Origin: Octopus sinensis
Taxonomy: Eukaryota
NCBI RefSeq assembly: GCF_006345805.1
Contig: NC_043025.1
Coordinates: forward strand, 16,988,001 to 17,052,000
Direction: 5' to 3'
DNA: 64,000 bases
A program made the translations under genes and the position numbers. Shown one piece after another: positions 26,330-41,300 of the stretch (positions within the stretch are counted from its first letter, which is position 1; each line of letters opens with the position of its first letter). The notes beneath the pieces were generated by a model. That model was not told the DNA's origin and did no database searches. It worked only from the letters and a program-made list of their open reading frames with translations.

Positions 26330-27430
26330 CTCAGTTAACCTAACAGATCACAAAATTTTTTGTTGTTTTTCAAGTACACATTTGAGATATTTCACATTTT
26401 CTAACCTGAAAACTTTTGAGAATTTTGTGATCTGTTGGTTAAATATAAGCTTATTATGAATCAGTTAATTTATATTTACCTAACAGATCACAAAATATTT
26501 TGTTGTTTTTCAAGTACACATTTGAGATATTTTGACATTTTTTAACCTGAAAACTTTGAGAATTTAGTGATATCTTTGATAAATATAAGCTTTTTATCAC
26601 TCAGTTAATTTATATTTACCGAACAGATCACCAAATTTTTTGTTGTTTTTCAAGTACACATTTGAAATATTTTGACATTTTCTAACCTGAAAACTTTTGA
26701 GAATTTAGTGATTTCTTGGATAAATATAAGCTTATTATCACTCAGTTAACTTATATTTTTCCTAACTGATCACAAAATATTTTCTTGTTTTTCAAGTACA
26801 CATTTGAAATATGTTGACATTTCCTAACCTGAAAACTTTTGAGAATCTAGTGATCTCTTGGATAAATATAAGCTTATTATCACTCAGTTAACCTAACAGA
26901 TCACAAAATTTTTTGTTGTTTTTCAAGTACACATTTGAGATATTTCACATTTTCTAACCTGAAAATTTTTGAGAATTTAGTGATCTGTTGGTTAAATATA
27001 AGCTTATTATCAATCAGTTAATTTATATTTATCTAACAGATCACAAAATATTTTGTTGTGTTTCAAGTACATATTTGAGATATTTTGACATTTTCTAACC
27101 TGAAAACTTTTGAGAATTTAGTGATCTCTTTGATAAAATAAGCTTTTATCACTCAGTTATTTATATTTACGAACAGATCACCAAATTTTTTGTTGTTTTT
27201 CAAGTTTACATTTGAAATATTTTGACATTTTCTAACCTGAAAACTTTTGAGAATTTAGTGATTTCTTGGATAAATATAAGCTTATTATCACTCAGTTAAC
27301 TTATATTTTACCTAACTGATCACAAAATATTTTGTTTTTTTTCAAGTACACATTTGAAATATTTGACATTTCCTAACCTGAAAACTTTTGAGAATCTAGT
27401 GACCTCTTGGATAAATATAAGCTTATTATC
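26330..27430 (+). repeat. Tandem duplication of a 4-monomer unit (~555 bp)
   Basis: Deleted monomer CAGTTAACCTAACAG at ~26332 and ~26885; TGTTGGTTAAATATAAG at ~26433 and ~26986; CACCAAATTTTTT at 26619 and 27179. Confidence 0.85.
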
Positions 27431-28339
27431 ACTCAGTTAATTTATATTTACCTAACAGATGACAAAATTTTTTGTTGTTTTTCAAGTACACATTTGAAAT
27501 AATTTTACATTTTCTAACCTGAAAACTTTTGAGATTTTAGTGATCTCTTGGATAAATAACAGCTGATTATCACTCAGTAAACTTATATTTACCTAACAGA
27601 TCACAAAATTTTTTATTGCTTTTCAAGTACACATTTGAAATATTTTGACATTTTCTAACCTGAAAACTTTTGAGAATTTAGTGATCTCTTGGAAAAATAT
27701 AAGCTTATACTCAGTTAACATATATTTACCTAACAGATCACAAAATTCTTTGTTGTTTCTCAAATACACATTTGAAATGTTTTCACATTTTCTAACCTGA
27801 AAACTTTTGAGAATTTACTAAACTCTTGGATAAAAATAACATTTTTATCACTCAGTTAATTTATATTTACCTAACAGATTTCAAAATTTTTTGTTGTTTT
27901 TGAAGTACAAATTTGAAATATTTTGACATTTTCTAACCTGAAAACTTTTGAGAATTTAGTGATCTCTTGGATCAAAATAAGCTTAATATCACTCAGTTAA
28001 TTTATATTTACCTAACAGATCACAAAATTTTTTGTTATTTTTCAAGTACACATTTGAAATATTTTGACATTTTCTAACCTTACACTTTTTGAGAATTTAG
28101 TGATCTCTTGGATAAAAATACGCGATTCCTCACTCAGTTAACTTATATTTACATAACAGATCTCAAAAAATTTGTGTTTTTGAAGTACACATTTGAAATA
28201 TTTTGACATTTTCTAACCTGAAAACTTTTGAGAATTTAGTGAAATCTTGGATAAAATAAGATTATATCACTCAGTTAATTTATATTTACCTAACAGATCA
28301 CGAAATTTGTTGTTGTTTTTCAAGTACACATTTGAAATA

Positions 28340-31300
28340 TTTTGACATTTTCTAATCTTAAAATTTTTGAGAATTTAGTAATCTCTTGGATAAATATAAG
28401 CTTATTATCACTCAGTTAACTTATATTTACCTAACAAATCACAAAATACTTTGTTGTATTTCAAGCACACATTTGAAATATTTTGACATTTTCTAACCTG
28501 AAACTTTTGAGAATTTAGTGATCTCTTTGATAGAATAAGCTTATTATCACTCAGTTAATTTATATTTACCTAACAGATCACAAAAGTTTTTATGTTTTTC
28601 AAGTACACATTTGAAATAATTTAACATTTTCTAACCTGATAAATTTGAGACTTTAGTTATCTCTTGGATAAATATAAGCTTATTATAACTCAGTTAACCT
28701 AACAGATCACAAAATTTTTTGTTGTTTTTCAAGTACACATTTGAGATATTTCACATTTTCTAACCTGATAACTTTTGAGAATTTAGTGATATGTTGGTTA
28801 AATATAAGCTTATTATCAATCAGTTAATTTATATTTACCTAACAGTTCACAAAATATTTTGTTGTTTTTCAAGTACACATTTGAGATATTTTGACATTTT
28901 CTAACCTGAAAACTTTGAGAATTTAGTGATCTCTTTGATAAATATAAGCTTTTTATCACTCAGTTAATTTATATTTACCGAACAGATCACCAAATTTTTT
29001 GTTGTTTTTCTAGTACACATTTGAAATATTTTGACATTTTCTAACCTGAAAACTTTTGAGAATTTAGTGATTTCTTGGATAAATATAAGCTTATTATCAC
29101 TCAGTTAACTTATATTTTACCTAACTGATCACAAAATATTTTGTTGTTTTTCAAGTACACATTTGAAATATTTTGACATTTCCTAACCTGAAAACTTTTG
29201 AGAATCTAGTGATCTCTTGGATAAATATAAGCTTATTTTCACTCAGTTAATTTATATTTACCTAACAGATCACAAAATTTTTTGTTGTTTTTCAAGTACA
29301 CATTTGAAATATTTTTACATTTTCTAACCTGAAAACTTTTGAGATTTTAGTGATTTCTTGGATAAATAACAGCTGATTATCACTCAGTTAACTTATATTT
29401 ACCTAACAGATCACAAAATTTTTTGTGTTTTCTAAGTACACATTTGAAATATTTTGACATTTTCTAACCTGAAAACTTTGAGAATTTAGTGATCTCTTGG
29501 ATAAATATAAGCTTATTATCACTCAGTTAACTTATATTTACCTAACAGATCACAAATTCTTTGTTGTTTCTCAATACACATTTGAAATGTTTTCACATTT
29601 TCTAACCTGAAAACTTTTAAGAATTTACTGAACTCTTGTATAAGAATAACATTTTATCACTCAGTTAATTTATGTTTACCTAACAGATTTCAAAATTTTT
29701 TGTTGTTTGAAGTACACATTTGAAATATTTTGAAATTTTCTAACCTGAAACTTTTGAGAATTTAGTGATCTCTTGGATCAAAATAAGCTTATTATCACTC
29801 AGTTAATTTATATTTACCTAACAGATCACAAATTTTTTTGTTATTTTTCAAGTACACATTTGAAATATTTTGACATTTTCTAACCTTACAAAATTTTGAG
29901 AATTTAGTGATCTCTTGGTAAATACAACGCATATTCTCACTAAGTAACTTATATTTACATAACAGATCTCAAAAAAATTTTGTGTTTTGAAGTACACATT
30001 TGAAATATTTTGACATTTTCTAACCTGAAAACTTTTGAGAATTTAGTGAACTCTTGGATAAAAATAAGAATATTATCACTCAGATAACTTATATTTACCT
30101 AACAGATCACAAAATTTTTTATTGTTCTCAAGTACACATTTGAAATAATTTGACATTTTCTAATCTGAAACTTTTGAGAATTTTGAACTCTTGGATAAAA
30201 TAAGTTCGTATCACTAAGTTAATTTATATTTACCCAAGAGTTTTCAAAATTTTTTGTTGTTTTTAAGTACACATTTGAAATATTTTGACATTTTCTAACC
30301 TGAAAACTTTTGAGAATTAGTGATTTCTTCGATAAATATAAGCTTATTATCACTCAGTTAACTTATATTTACCTAACAGATCACAAAATATTTTGTTGTT
30401 TTTCAGTACACATTTGAAATATTTTGAACTTTCCTAACCTGAAAACTTTCGAGAATCTTGTGATCTCTTGGATAATATAAGCTTATTATCACTCAGTTAA
30501 TTTATATTTACCTAACAGATTACAAAATTTTTTTTTATTTTCAAGTACACATTTGAAATATTTTGACATTTTCTAACCTGAAAACTTTTGAGAATTTAAT
30601 GATCTCTTGGATAAATATAAGCTTATTTTCACTCAGTTAATCGATATGTTTACCTAACAGATCACAAAATTTTTTGTTGCTTTTCAAGTACACATTTGAC
30701 ATATTTTGACATATTCTAACCTGAAAACTTTTGAGAATTTAGTGATCTTTTGGATAAAAATACGCATATTATCACTCAGATAAATTATATTTACCTAACA
30801 GATCACAAAATTCTTTGTTGTTTCTCAAATACACATTTGAAATATTTTCACATTTTCTAACCTGAAAACTTTTGAGAATTTTTGAACTCTTGGATAAAAT
30901 AAGTTCATTATCACTAGTTAATTTATATTTACCCAAGAGATTTCAAAATTTTTTGTTGATTTTCAAGTACACATTTGAAGTATTTTGACATTTTCTAACC
31001 TGAAAACTTTTGAGAATTTAGTGATCTCTTGGATAAATATAGCTTATTATCACTCAGTAACTTATATTTCACCTAACAGATCACAAAATATTTTGTTGAT
31101 GCTCAAGTACACATTTGAAATATTTTGACATTTTCTATCTGAAAACTTTTGAGAATTAGTGATGACTTAGATAATTATACGCATATTATCACACAGTTAA
31201 CATATATTTACCTAAAGATCACTGATTTTTTTTGTTTTTTCAAGTACACATATGAAATATTTTGACATTTCTAACCTGAAAACTTTTGAGAATTTAGTGA

Positions 31301-34300
31301 ACTCTTGGATAAAATAAGTTCATTATCACTAGGTTAATTTATATTACCCAAGAGATTTCAAAATTTTTTGTTGTTTTTCAAGTACACATTTGAAATATTT
31401 TGACATTTTCTAACCTGACAAACTTTTGAGAATTTAGTGATTTCTTGGATAAATATAAGCTTATTATCACTCAGTTAACTTATATTTACCTAACAGATCA
31501 CAAAATATTTTGTTGTTTTTTCAAGTACACATTGAAATATTTTGACATTATCTAACCTGAAAATTTCAGAATTTAGTGATGACTTAGATAAAATAAGCTT
31601 ATTATCACTCAGTTAATTTATATTTCCTAACAGATCACATTTTTTTTTTATTTTTCAAGTACACATTTGAAATATTTTGACATTTTCTAACCTGAAAACT
31701 TTTGAGAATTTAGTGATCTCTTGGATAAATATAAGCTTATTTTCACTCAGTTAATCGATATATTTACCTAACAGACCACAAAATTTTTTGTTGCTTTTCA
31801 AGTACACATTTGAAATATTTTGACATTTTCTAACCTGAAAACGTTTGAGAATTTAGTGATTTCTTCGATAAATATAAGTTTATTATCACTCAGTTAAATT
31901 ATATTTTACCTAACAGATCACAAAATATTTTGTTGTTTTTCAAGTACACATTTGAAATATGTTGACATTTTCTAAACTGAAAACTTTTGAGAATTTAGTG
32001 TTGTCTTGGATAATTATACGCATATTATCACTCAGTTAACATATATTTACCTAAAAAATCGCGTGTTTTTTTGTTATTTTTAAAGTACACATTTGAAATA
32101 TTTTGACATTTTCTAATCTTAAAATTTTTGAGAATTTAGTAATCTCTTGGATAAATATAAGCTTATTTTCACTCAGTTCTTATATTTACCTAACAATCAC
32201 AAAATACTTTGTTGTATTTCAAGTACACACATTTGAAATATTTTGACATTTTTTAACCTGAAAACTTTTGAGAATTTAGTGATCTCTTGGATAAAATAAG
32301 CTTATTATCACTCAGTTAATTTATATTTACCTAACAGATCACAAAAGTTTTTATGTTTTTCAAGTACACATTTGAAATAATTTAACATTTCTAACCTGAT
32401 AAATTTGAGACTTTAGTTATCTCTTGGATAAAATAAGCTATTATAACTCAGTTTAACCTAACAGATCACAAAATTTTTTGTTGTTTTTCAAGTACACATT
32501 AGATATTTCACATTTTCTAACCTGATAACTTTTGAGATTTAGTGATCTTTGGTTAAATATAAGCTTATTATCAATCAGTTAATTTATATTTACCTAACAG
32601 TTCACAAAATATTTTGTTGTTTTTCAAGTACACATTTGAGATATTTTGACATTTTCTAACCTGAAAACTTTGAGAATTTAGTGATCTCTTTGATAATATA
32701 AGCTTTTTATCACTCAGTTAATTTATATTTACCGAACAGATCACCAAATTTTTTGTTGTTTTTTCTAGTACACATTTGAAATATTTTGACATTTCTAACC
32801 TGAAAACTTTGAGAATTTAGTGATTTCTTGGATAAATATAAGCTTATTATCACTCAGTTATTATATTTTACCTAACGATCACAAAATATTTTGTTGTTTT
32901 TCAAGTACACATTTGAAATATTTTGACATTTCCTAACCTGAAAACTTTTGAGAATTAGTGATCTCTTAGATAAATAAGCTTATTTTCACTCAGTTAATTT
33001 ATATTTACCTAACAGATCACAAAATTTTTTGTTGTTTTTCAAGTACACATTTGAAATATTTTGACATTTTCTAACCTGAAAACTTTTGAGCTTTAGTGAT
33101 TTCTTGGATAAATAGCTGATTATCACTCAGTTAACTTATATTTACCTAACAGATCACAAAATTTTTTGTTGCTTTTCTAAGTACACATTTGAAATATTTT
33201 GACATTTTCTAACCGAAAACTTTTGAGAATTTAGTGATCTCTTGGATAAATATAAGCTTATTATCACTCAGTTAACTTATATTTACCTAACAGATCACAA
33301 ATTTCTTTGTTGTTTCTCAATACACATTTGAAATGTTTTCACATTTTCTAACCTGAAAACTTTTAAGAATTTAGTGAACTCTGGATAAGAATAACATTTT
33401 TATCACTCAGTTAATTTATTTACCTAACAGATTTCAAAATTTTTTGTTGTTTTGAAGTACCATTTGAAATATTTGAAATTTTCTAACCTGAAAACTTTTG
33501 AGAATTTAGTGATCTCTTGGATCAAAATAAGCTTATTATCACTCATTAATTTATATTTACCTAACAGATCACAAAATTTTTTGTTATTTTTCAAGTACAC
33601 ATTTGAAATATTTTGACATTTTCTAACCTTACAAATTTTGAGAATTTAGTGATCTCTTGGGTAAATACACGCATATTCTCACTAAGATAACTTATATTTA
33701 CATAACAGATCTCAAAAAATTTTGTTGTTTTGAAGTACACATTTGAAATATTTTGACATTTTCTAACCTGAAAACTTTTGAGAATTTAGTGAACTCTTGG
33801 ATAAAAATAAGAATATTATCACTCAGATAACTTATATTTAACTAACAGATCACAAAATTTTTTATTGTTTCTCAAGTACACATTTGAAATAATTTGACAT
33901 TTTCTAATCTGAAACCTTTTGAGAATTTAGTGAACTCTTGGATAAAAATAAGTTCGTTATCACTAAGTTAATTTATATTTACCCAAGAGTTTTCAAAATT
34001 TTTTGTTGTTTTTCAAGTACACATTTGAAATATTTTGACATTTTCTAACCTGAAAACGTTTGAGAATTTAGTGATTTCTTCGATAAATATAAGCTTATTA
34101 TCACTCAGTTAACTTATATTTTACCTAACAGATCACAAAATATTTTGTTGTTTTTCAAGTACACATTTGAAATATTTTGAACTTTCCTAACCTGAAAACT
34201 TTCGAGAATCTTGTGATCTCTTGGATAAATATAAGCTTATTATCACTCAGTTAATTTATATTTACCTAACAGATTACAAAATTTTTTTTACTTTTCAAGT

Positions 34301-34560
34301 ACACATTTGAAATATTTTGACATTTTCTAACCTGAAAACTTTTGAGAATTTAATGATCTCTTGGATAAATATAAGCTTATTTTCACTCAGTTAATCGATA
34401 TATTTACCTAACAGATCACAAAATTTTTTGTTGCTTTTCAAGTACACATTTGACATATTTTGACATATTCTAACCTGAAAACTTTTGAGAATTTAGTGAT
34501 CTTTTGGATAAAAATACGCATATTATCACTCAGATAACTTATATTTAACTAACAGATCAC
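28340..34560 (+). repeat. Large duplication with ~3.76-kb (~27-monomer) period: 28340-30800 is repeated at 32100-34560
   Basis: TCTAATCTTAAAATTTTTGAGAATTTAGTAATCTC at 28351 and 32112 (also ~25989); CTAACCTGATAAATTTGAGACTTTAGTTAT at 28631 and 32391; TAATCGATAT at ~30638 and ~34392. Confidence 0.85.
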
Positions 34561-34568
34561 AAAATTTT

Positions 34569-35338
34569 TCACTAAATTCTCAAAAGTTTTCAGGTTAGAA
34601 AATGTCAAAATATTTCATATGTGTACTTGAAAAACAACAAAAAATCAAGTGATCTTTTAGGTAAATATATGTTAACTGTGTGATAATATGCGTATAATTA
34701 TCTAAGTCATCACTAAATTCTCAAAAGTTTTCAGAATAGAAAATGTCAAAATATTTCAAATGTGTACTTGAGCATCAACAAAATATTTTGTGATCTGTTA
34801 GGTGAAATATAAGTTAACTGAGTGATAATAAGCTTATATTTATCCAAGAGATCACTAAATTCTCAAAAGTTTTCAGGTTAGAAAATGTCAACATACTTCA
34901 AATGTGTACTTGAAAATCAACAAAAAATTTAGTGATCTGTTAGGTAAATATAAATTAACTGAGTGATAATAAGCATACATTTATCCAGGAGATCACTAAA
35001 TTCTCAAAAGTTTTCAGGTTAGAAAATGTCAAAATTTTTCAGATGTGTACTTGAAAAACAACAAAAAATTTTGAAATCTCTTGGGTAAATATAAATTAAC
35101 TTAGTGATAATGAACTTATTTTTATCCAAGAGTTCACAAAATTCTCAAAAGTTTTCAGAATAGAAAATGTCAAATTATTTCAAATGTGTACTTGAGAAAC
35201 AATAAAAAATTTTGTGATCTGTTAGTTAAATATAACTTATCTGAGTGATAATATTCTTATTTTTATCCAAGAGTTCACTAAATTCTCAAACGTTTTCAGG
35301 TTAGAAAATGTCAAAATATTTCAAATGTGTACTTCAAA
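34569..35338 (-). repeat. ~770-bp (~5.5 monomer) inverted Sat140 segment embedded in the forward array
   Basis: Sequence switches at ...GATCACAAAATTTT|TCACTAAATTCTCAAAAG and returns at ...GTGTACTTCA(AA)|AGCTTATTATCAC, with no gap at either end. Confidence 0.93.
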
Positions 35339-38300
35339 AGCTTATTATCACTAAGTTAATTTATATTTACCCAACAGATTTCAAAATTTTTTGTTGTTTT
35401 TCAAGTACACATTTGAAATATTTTGACATTTGTTAACCTGAAAACTTTTGAGAATTTAGTGATCTCTTGGATAAATATAAGCTTATTATCACTAAGTTAA
35501 TTTATATTTACCTAACAGATCACAAAATTTTTTGTTGTTTTTCAAGTACACATTTGAAATATTTTGACATTTTCTAATCTGAAAACTTTTGAGAATTTAG
35601 TGATGTCTTAGATAATTATATGCATATTATCACTCAGTTATCATATATTTACCTAAAAGATCACTTGATTTTTTGTTGTTTTTCAAGTACACATTTGAAA
35701 TATTTTGACATTTTCTAACCTGAAAACTTTTCAGAATTTAGTGATCTCTTGGATAAATACACGCATATTCTGACTCAGATAACTTATATTTACCTAACAG
35801 ATCACAAAATATTTTGTTGTTTCTCAAGTACACATTTGAAATATTTTGACATTTTCTAACCTGAAAACTTTTCAGAATTTAGTGAACTCTTGGATAAAAA
35901 TAAGATTATCTTCAATCAGTTAATTTATATTTACCTCACAGATTTCAAAATTTTTTGTTGTTTTTCATGTACACATTTGAAATATTTTGACATTTTCTAA
36001 CCTGAAAACTTTTGAGAATTTTCTGAACACTTTGATAAATATAAGCCTATTATCACTCAGTTAATATATTTTTACCGAAGAGATCACAAATTTTTTTGTT
36101 GTTTTTCTAGTACACATTTGACATATTTTGACATATTCTAACCTGGAAACTTTTGAGAATTTAGTGATCTCTTTGATAAATATACGTATATTATCACTCA
36201 TATAGCTTATATTTACCTAACAGATCACAAAATTCTTTGTTGTTTCTCAAATACACATTTGAAATATTTTCACATTTTCTAACCTGAAAATTTTTTAGAA
36301 TTTACTGAACTCTGGGATAAAAATAACATTTTTATCACTCAGTTAATTTATATTTACCTAACAGATTTCAAAATTTTTTGTTGTTTTTGAAGTACACATT
36401 TGAAATATTTTGACATTTTCTAACCTGAAAACTTTTGAGAATTTAGTGATCTCTTGGATCAAAATAAGCTTATTTTCACTCAGTTAATTTATATTTACCT
36501 AACAGATCACAAAATTTTTTGTTGTTTTTCAAGTACACATTTCAAATATTTTGACATTTTCTAACCTTACAACTTTTGAGAATTTAGTGATCTCTTGGAT
36601 AAATATACGCATATTCTCACTAAGATAACTTATATTTACATAACAGATCTCAAAAAATTTTGTTGTTTTGAAGTACACATTTGAAATATTTTGACATTTT
36701 CTAACCTGAAAACTTTTGAGAATTTAGTGAATTCTTGGATAAAAATAAGATTATTATCACTCAGTTAATTTATATTTACCTAACAGATTTCAAAATTTTT
36801 TATTGTTTCTCAAGTAAACATTTGAAATATTTTGATATTTTCTAACCTGACAACTTTTGAGAATTTAGTGATCTCTTGGATAAATATACGCATATTATCA
36901 CTCAGATAACTTATATTTAACTAACAGATCACAAAATTTTTTATTGTTTCTCAAGTAAACATTTGAAATATTTTACATAACAGATCACAAAATATTTTGT
37001 TGTTTTTCAAGTACACATTTGAAATATTTTGACATTTTCTAACCTCAAAACTTTTGAGAATTTAATGATCTCTTTGATAAATATAAGCTTATTATCACTC
37101 AGTTATTTATATTTACCGAAGATCACAAAATTTGTGTTGTTTTTCTAGTACACATTTGACATATTTTGACATATTCTAACTGAAAACTTTTGAGAATTTA
37201 GTGATCTCTTGGATAAAAATTACATTTTTATCACTCAGTTAATTTATATTTACCTAGCAGATTTCAAAATTTTTTGTTGTTTTTGAAGTACACATTTGAA
37301 ATATTTTGTCATTTTCTAACCTGAAAACTTTTGAGAATTTAGTGAACACTTGGATAAAAATAAGTTCATTATCACTAAGTTAATTATATTTACCCAAGAG
37401 ATTTCAAAATTTTTTGTTGTTTTTCAAGTACACATTTGAAAAATTTTGACATTTTCTAACCTGAAAACTTTTCAGAATTTAGTGATCTCCTGGATAAATG
37501 TATGCTTATTATCACTCAGTTAATTTATTTACCTAACAGATCACTAAATTTTTGTTGATTTTCAAGTACATATTTGAAATATGTTGACATTTTCTAACCT
37601 GAAAACTTTTGAGAATTTAGTGATCTCTTGGATAATATAAGCTTATAATCACTCAGTTAACTTATATTTACCTAACAGATCACAAAATATTTTGTTGATT
37701 CTCAAGTAAACATTTGAAATATTTTGACATTTTCTATTCTGAAAACTTTTGAGAATTTAGTGATGTCTTAGATAATTATACGCATATTATCACACAGTTA
37801 ACATATATTTACCTAAAAGCTCACTTGACTTTTTGTTGTTTTTCAAGTACACATATGAAATATTTTGACATTTTCTAACCTGACAAATTTTGAGAATTTA
37901 GTGATCTGTTGGATAAATACACGCATATACTCAATCGGTTAATTTATATTTACCTAACAGATCACAAAATTTTTTGTTGTTTTTCAAGTACATATTTGAA
38001 ATATTTTGACATTTTCTAACCTGAAAACTTTTGAGAATTTAGTGATCTCTTGGATAAATATAAGCTTATTTTCACTCAGTTAATCGATATATTTACCTAA
38101 CAGATCACAAAATTTTTTGTCGCTTTTCAAGTACACATTTGAAATATTTTGACATTTTCTAACCTGAAAACTTTTGAGAATTTAGTGATCTCTTGGATAA
38201 ATATACGCATATTATCACTCAGGAAACTTATATTTACCTAACAGATCACAAAATTCTTTGTTGTTTCTCAAATAAACATTTGAAATGTTTTCACATTTTC

Positions 38301-41300
38301 TAACCTGAAAACTTTTGAGAATTTTCTGAACACTTGCATAAAAATAACATTTTTATCACTCAGTTAATTTATATTTACCGAACAGATTTCGAAATGTTTT
38401 ATTGTTTTTCAAGTACACATTTGAAATATTTTGACATTTTCTAACCTGAAAATTTTGAGAATTTAGTGATCTCTTGGATCAAAATAAGCTTATTATCACT
38501 CAGTTAATATATATTTACCTTACAGATCACAAAATTTTTTGTTCTTTTTCAAGTGCACATTTGAAATATTTTGACATTTTCTACCCTGACAACTTTTGAG
38601 AATTTAGTGATCTCTTGGATAAATACACGCACATTCTCACTCAGATAACTTATATTTACATAACAGATCTCAAAAAATTTTGTTGTTTTTACAGTACACA
38701 TTTGAAATATTTTGACATTTTCTAACCTGAAAACTTTTGAGAATTTAGTGAACTCTTGGATAAAAATAAGTTCATTATCACTAAGTTAATTTATATTTAC
38801 CCAAGAGATTTCAAAATTTTTTCTTGTTTTTCAAGTACACATTTGAAATATTTTGACATTTTCTAACCTGAAAACTTTTCAGAATTTAGTGAACTCTTGG
38901 ATAAATGTATGCTTATTATCACTCAGTTAATTAATATTTCACCTCACAAATCACAAAATATTTTGTTGATTCTCAAGTACACATTTGAAATATTTTGACA
39001 TTTTCTAATCTGAAAACTTTTGAGAATTTAGTGATGTCTTAGATAAATATAAGCTTATTATCTCTCAGTTAATTTATATTTACCTAACAGATCACAAAAT
39101 AATTTGTTGTTTTTCACGTACACATTTGAAATATTTTTACATTTTCTAACCGGAAAACTTTTGAGAATTTAGTGATCTCTTGGATAAATAGAAGCTTATT
39201 ATCTCTCAGTTAATTTATATTTACCTAACAGATCACAAAATAATTTGTTGTTTTTCAAGTACACATTTGAAATATTTTTACATTTTCTAACCGGAAAACT
39301 TTTGAGAATTTAGTGATCTCTTGGATAAATATAAGCTTATTATCACTCAGTTAATTTATAATTACCGAACAGATCACAAAATTTTTGTTGTTTTTCAAAT
39401 ACACATTTGAAATATTTTGACATTTTCTAACCTGAAAACTTTTGAGAATTTAGTTATCACTTGGATAAAAAAAAACTTATTATCACTCAGTTAATTTATA
39501 GTTACCTAACTGATCAAAAAATATTTTGTTGTTTTTCAAGTACACATTTGAAATATTTTCACATTTTCTAACCTGAAAACTTTTGAGAATTTAGTGATCT
39601 CTTGCAAAAAAATAAGATTATTATCACTCAGTTAATTTATATTTACCCAACAGATTTCAAAACTTTTTATTGTTTTTCAAGTACAGATTTGAAATATTTT
39701 GACATTTTCTAACCTGAAAACTTTTGAGAATTTAGTGATCTCTTGGATAAATATAAGCTTATTATCACTCAGTTAATATATATTTACCGAACAGATCACA
39801 AAATTTTTTTTTGTTTTTCAAGAAAACATTTCAAACATTTTGACGTTTTCTAACCTGAAAACCTTTGAGACTTTCGTGATCTCTTAGATTTATATAAGCT
39901 TATTATAACTCAGTTTACTCAGTTAAACTAACAGAGCACTTAATTTTTTGTTGTTTTTCAAGTACACATTTGAAATAATTTGACATTTTCTTACCTGAAA
40001 ACTTTTGAGAATTCAGTGATCTCTTGGATAAATATAAGCTTATTACCACTTAGTTAATTTATACTTACGAAAATATCACGAAATTTTTTGTTTTTTTTCC
40101 AGCACACATTTCAAATATTTTGACATTTTCTAATCTTAAAACTTTTGAGAATTTAGTGATGTCTAGGATAATTATACGCATATTATCACTCAGTTAACAT
40201 ATATTTACCTAAAAGATTACTTGATTTTTTGTTGTTTTTCAAGTACACATTTGAAATATTTTGACATTTTCTAACCTGAAAACTTTTGAGATTTTAGTGA
40301 TCTCTTGGATAAATATAAGCTTATTATAACTCACTTAACTCAGTTAACCTAACAGATCACTTAATTTTTTATGGTTTTTTCAAGTACACATTTCAAATAT
40401 TTTCTAACCTGAAAACTTTTGAGAATTTAGTGATCTCTTGGATAAACATAAGTTTATTATCACTCAATTTATATTCACCAAACAGATCACAAATTTTTTT
40501 TGTTTTTCAAGTAGACATTTGAAATAATTTGACATTTTCTAACCTGAAAACTTTTGAGAATTTAGTGATCTCTTGGATAAATATAAGCTTATTACCACTC
40601 AGTTAATTTATATTTACCGAACAGATCACAAAATTTTTGTTGTTTTCCAAGTGCACATTTGAAATATTTTGACATCTTCTAACCTGAAAACTTTTGAGAA
40701 TTTTGTGATCTCTTGGATAAATATAAGCTTATTATCACTCAGTTAACTTATATTTACCTAAGAGATCACAAAATATTTTGTTGTTTTTCAAGTACACATT
40801 TGAAATATTTTGACATTTTCTAACCTGAAACCTTTTCAGAATTTTGTGATCTCTTGGATAAATATAAGCTTATTATCACTCAATTTATATTCATCGGACA
40901 GACCACAATTTTTTTTTGTTTTTCAAGTACACATTTGAAATATTTTGACATTTTCTAACCTGGAATCTTTTGAGAATTTAGTGATCTCTTGGATAAACAT
41001 AAGCTTATTATAACTCAGTTAACTAAGTTAATCTAACAGATCACTTAATTTTTGTTGTTTTTCAAGTACAAATTTGAAATATTTTGACATTTTCTAACCT
41101 GAAAACTTTTGAGAATTTAGTGATCTCTTGGATAAATATAAGCTTATTATTGCTCAGTTAATTTATATTTACCTAACAGATCACAAATTTTTTTTTTCTT
41201 TTTCAAGTACACTTTTGAAATATTTTGACATCTTCTAACCTGAAAAGTTTTGAGAATTTAGTGATCTCTTGGATAAATATAAGCATATTTTCACTCAGTT

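Larger units (their letters stand above)
19606..34568 (+). repeat. Sat140 array, forward orientation, 'cagttaa' / 'ttttttgttgtttttc' subtype
   Basis: Forward monomers with ~140-bp period. The T-tract is interrupted as TTTTTTGTTGTTTTTC, and the loop-side variant is CACTCAGTTAA(C/T)TTATA. Confidence 0.97.
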
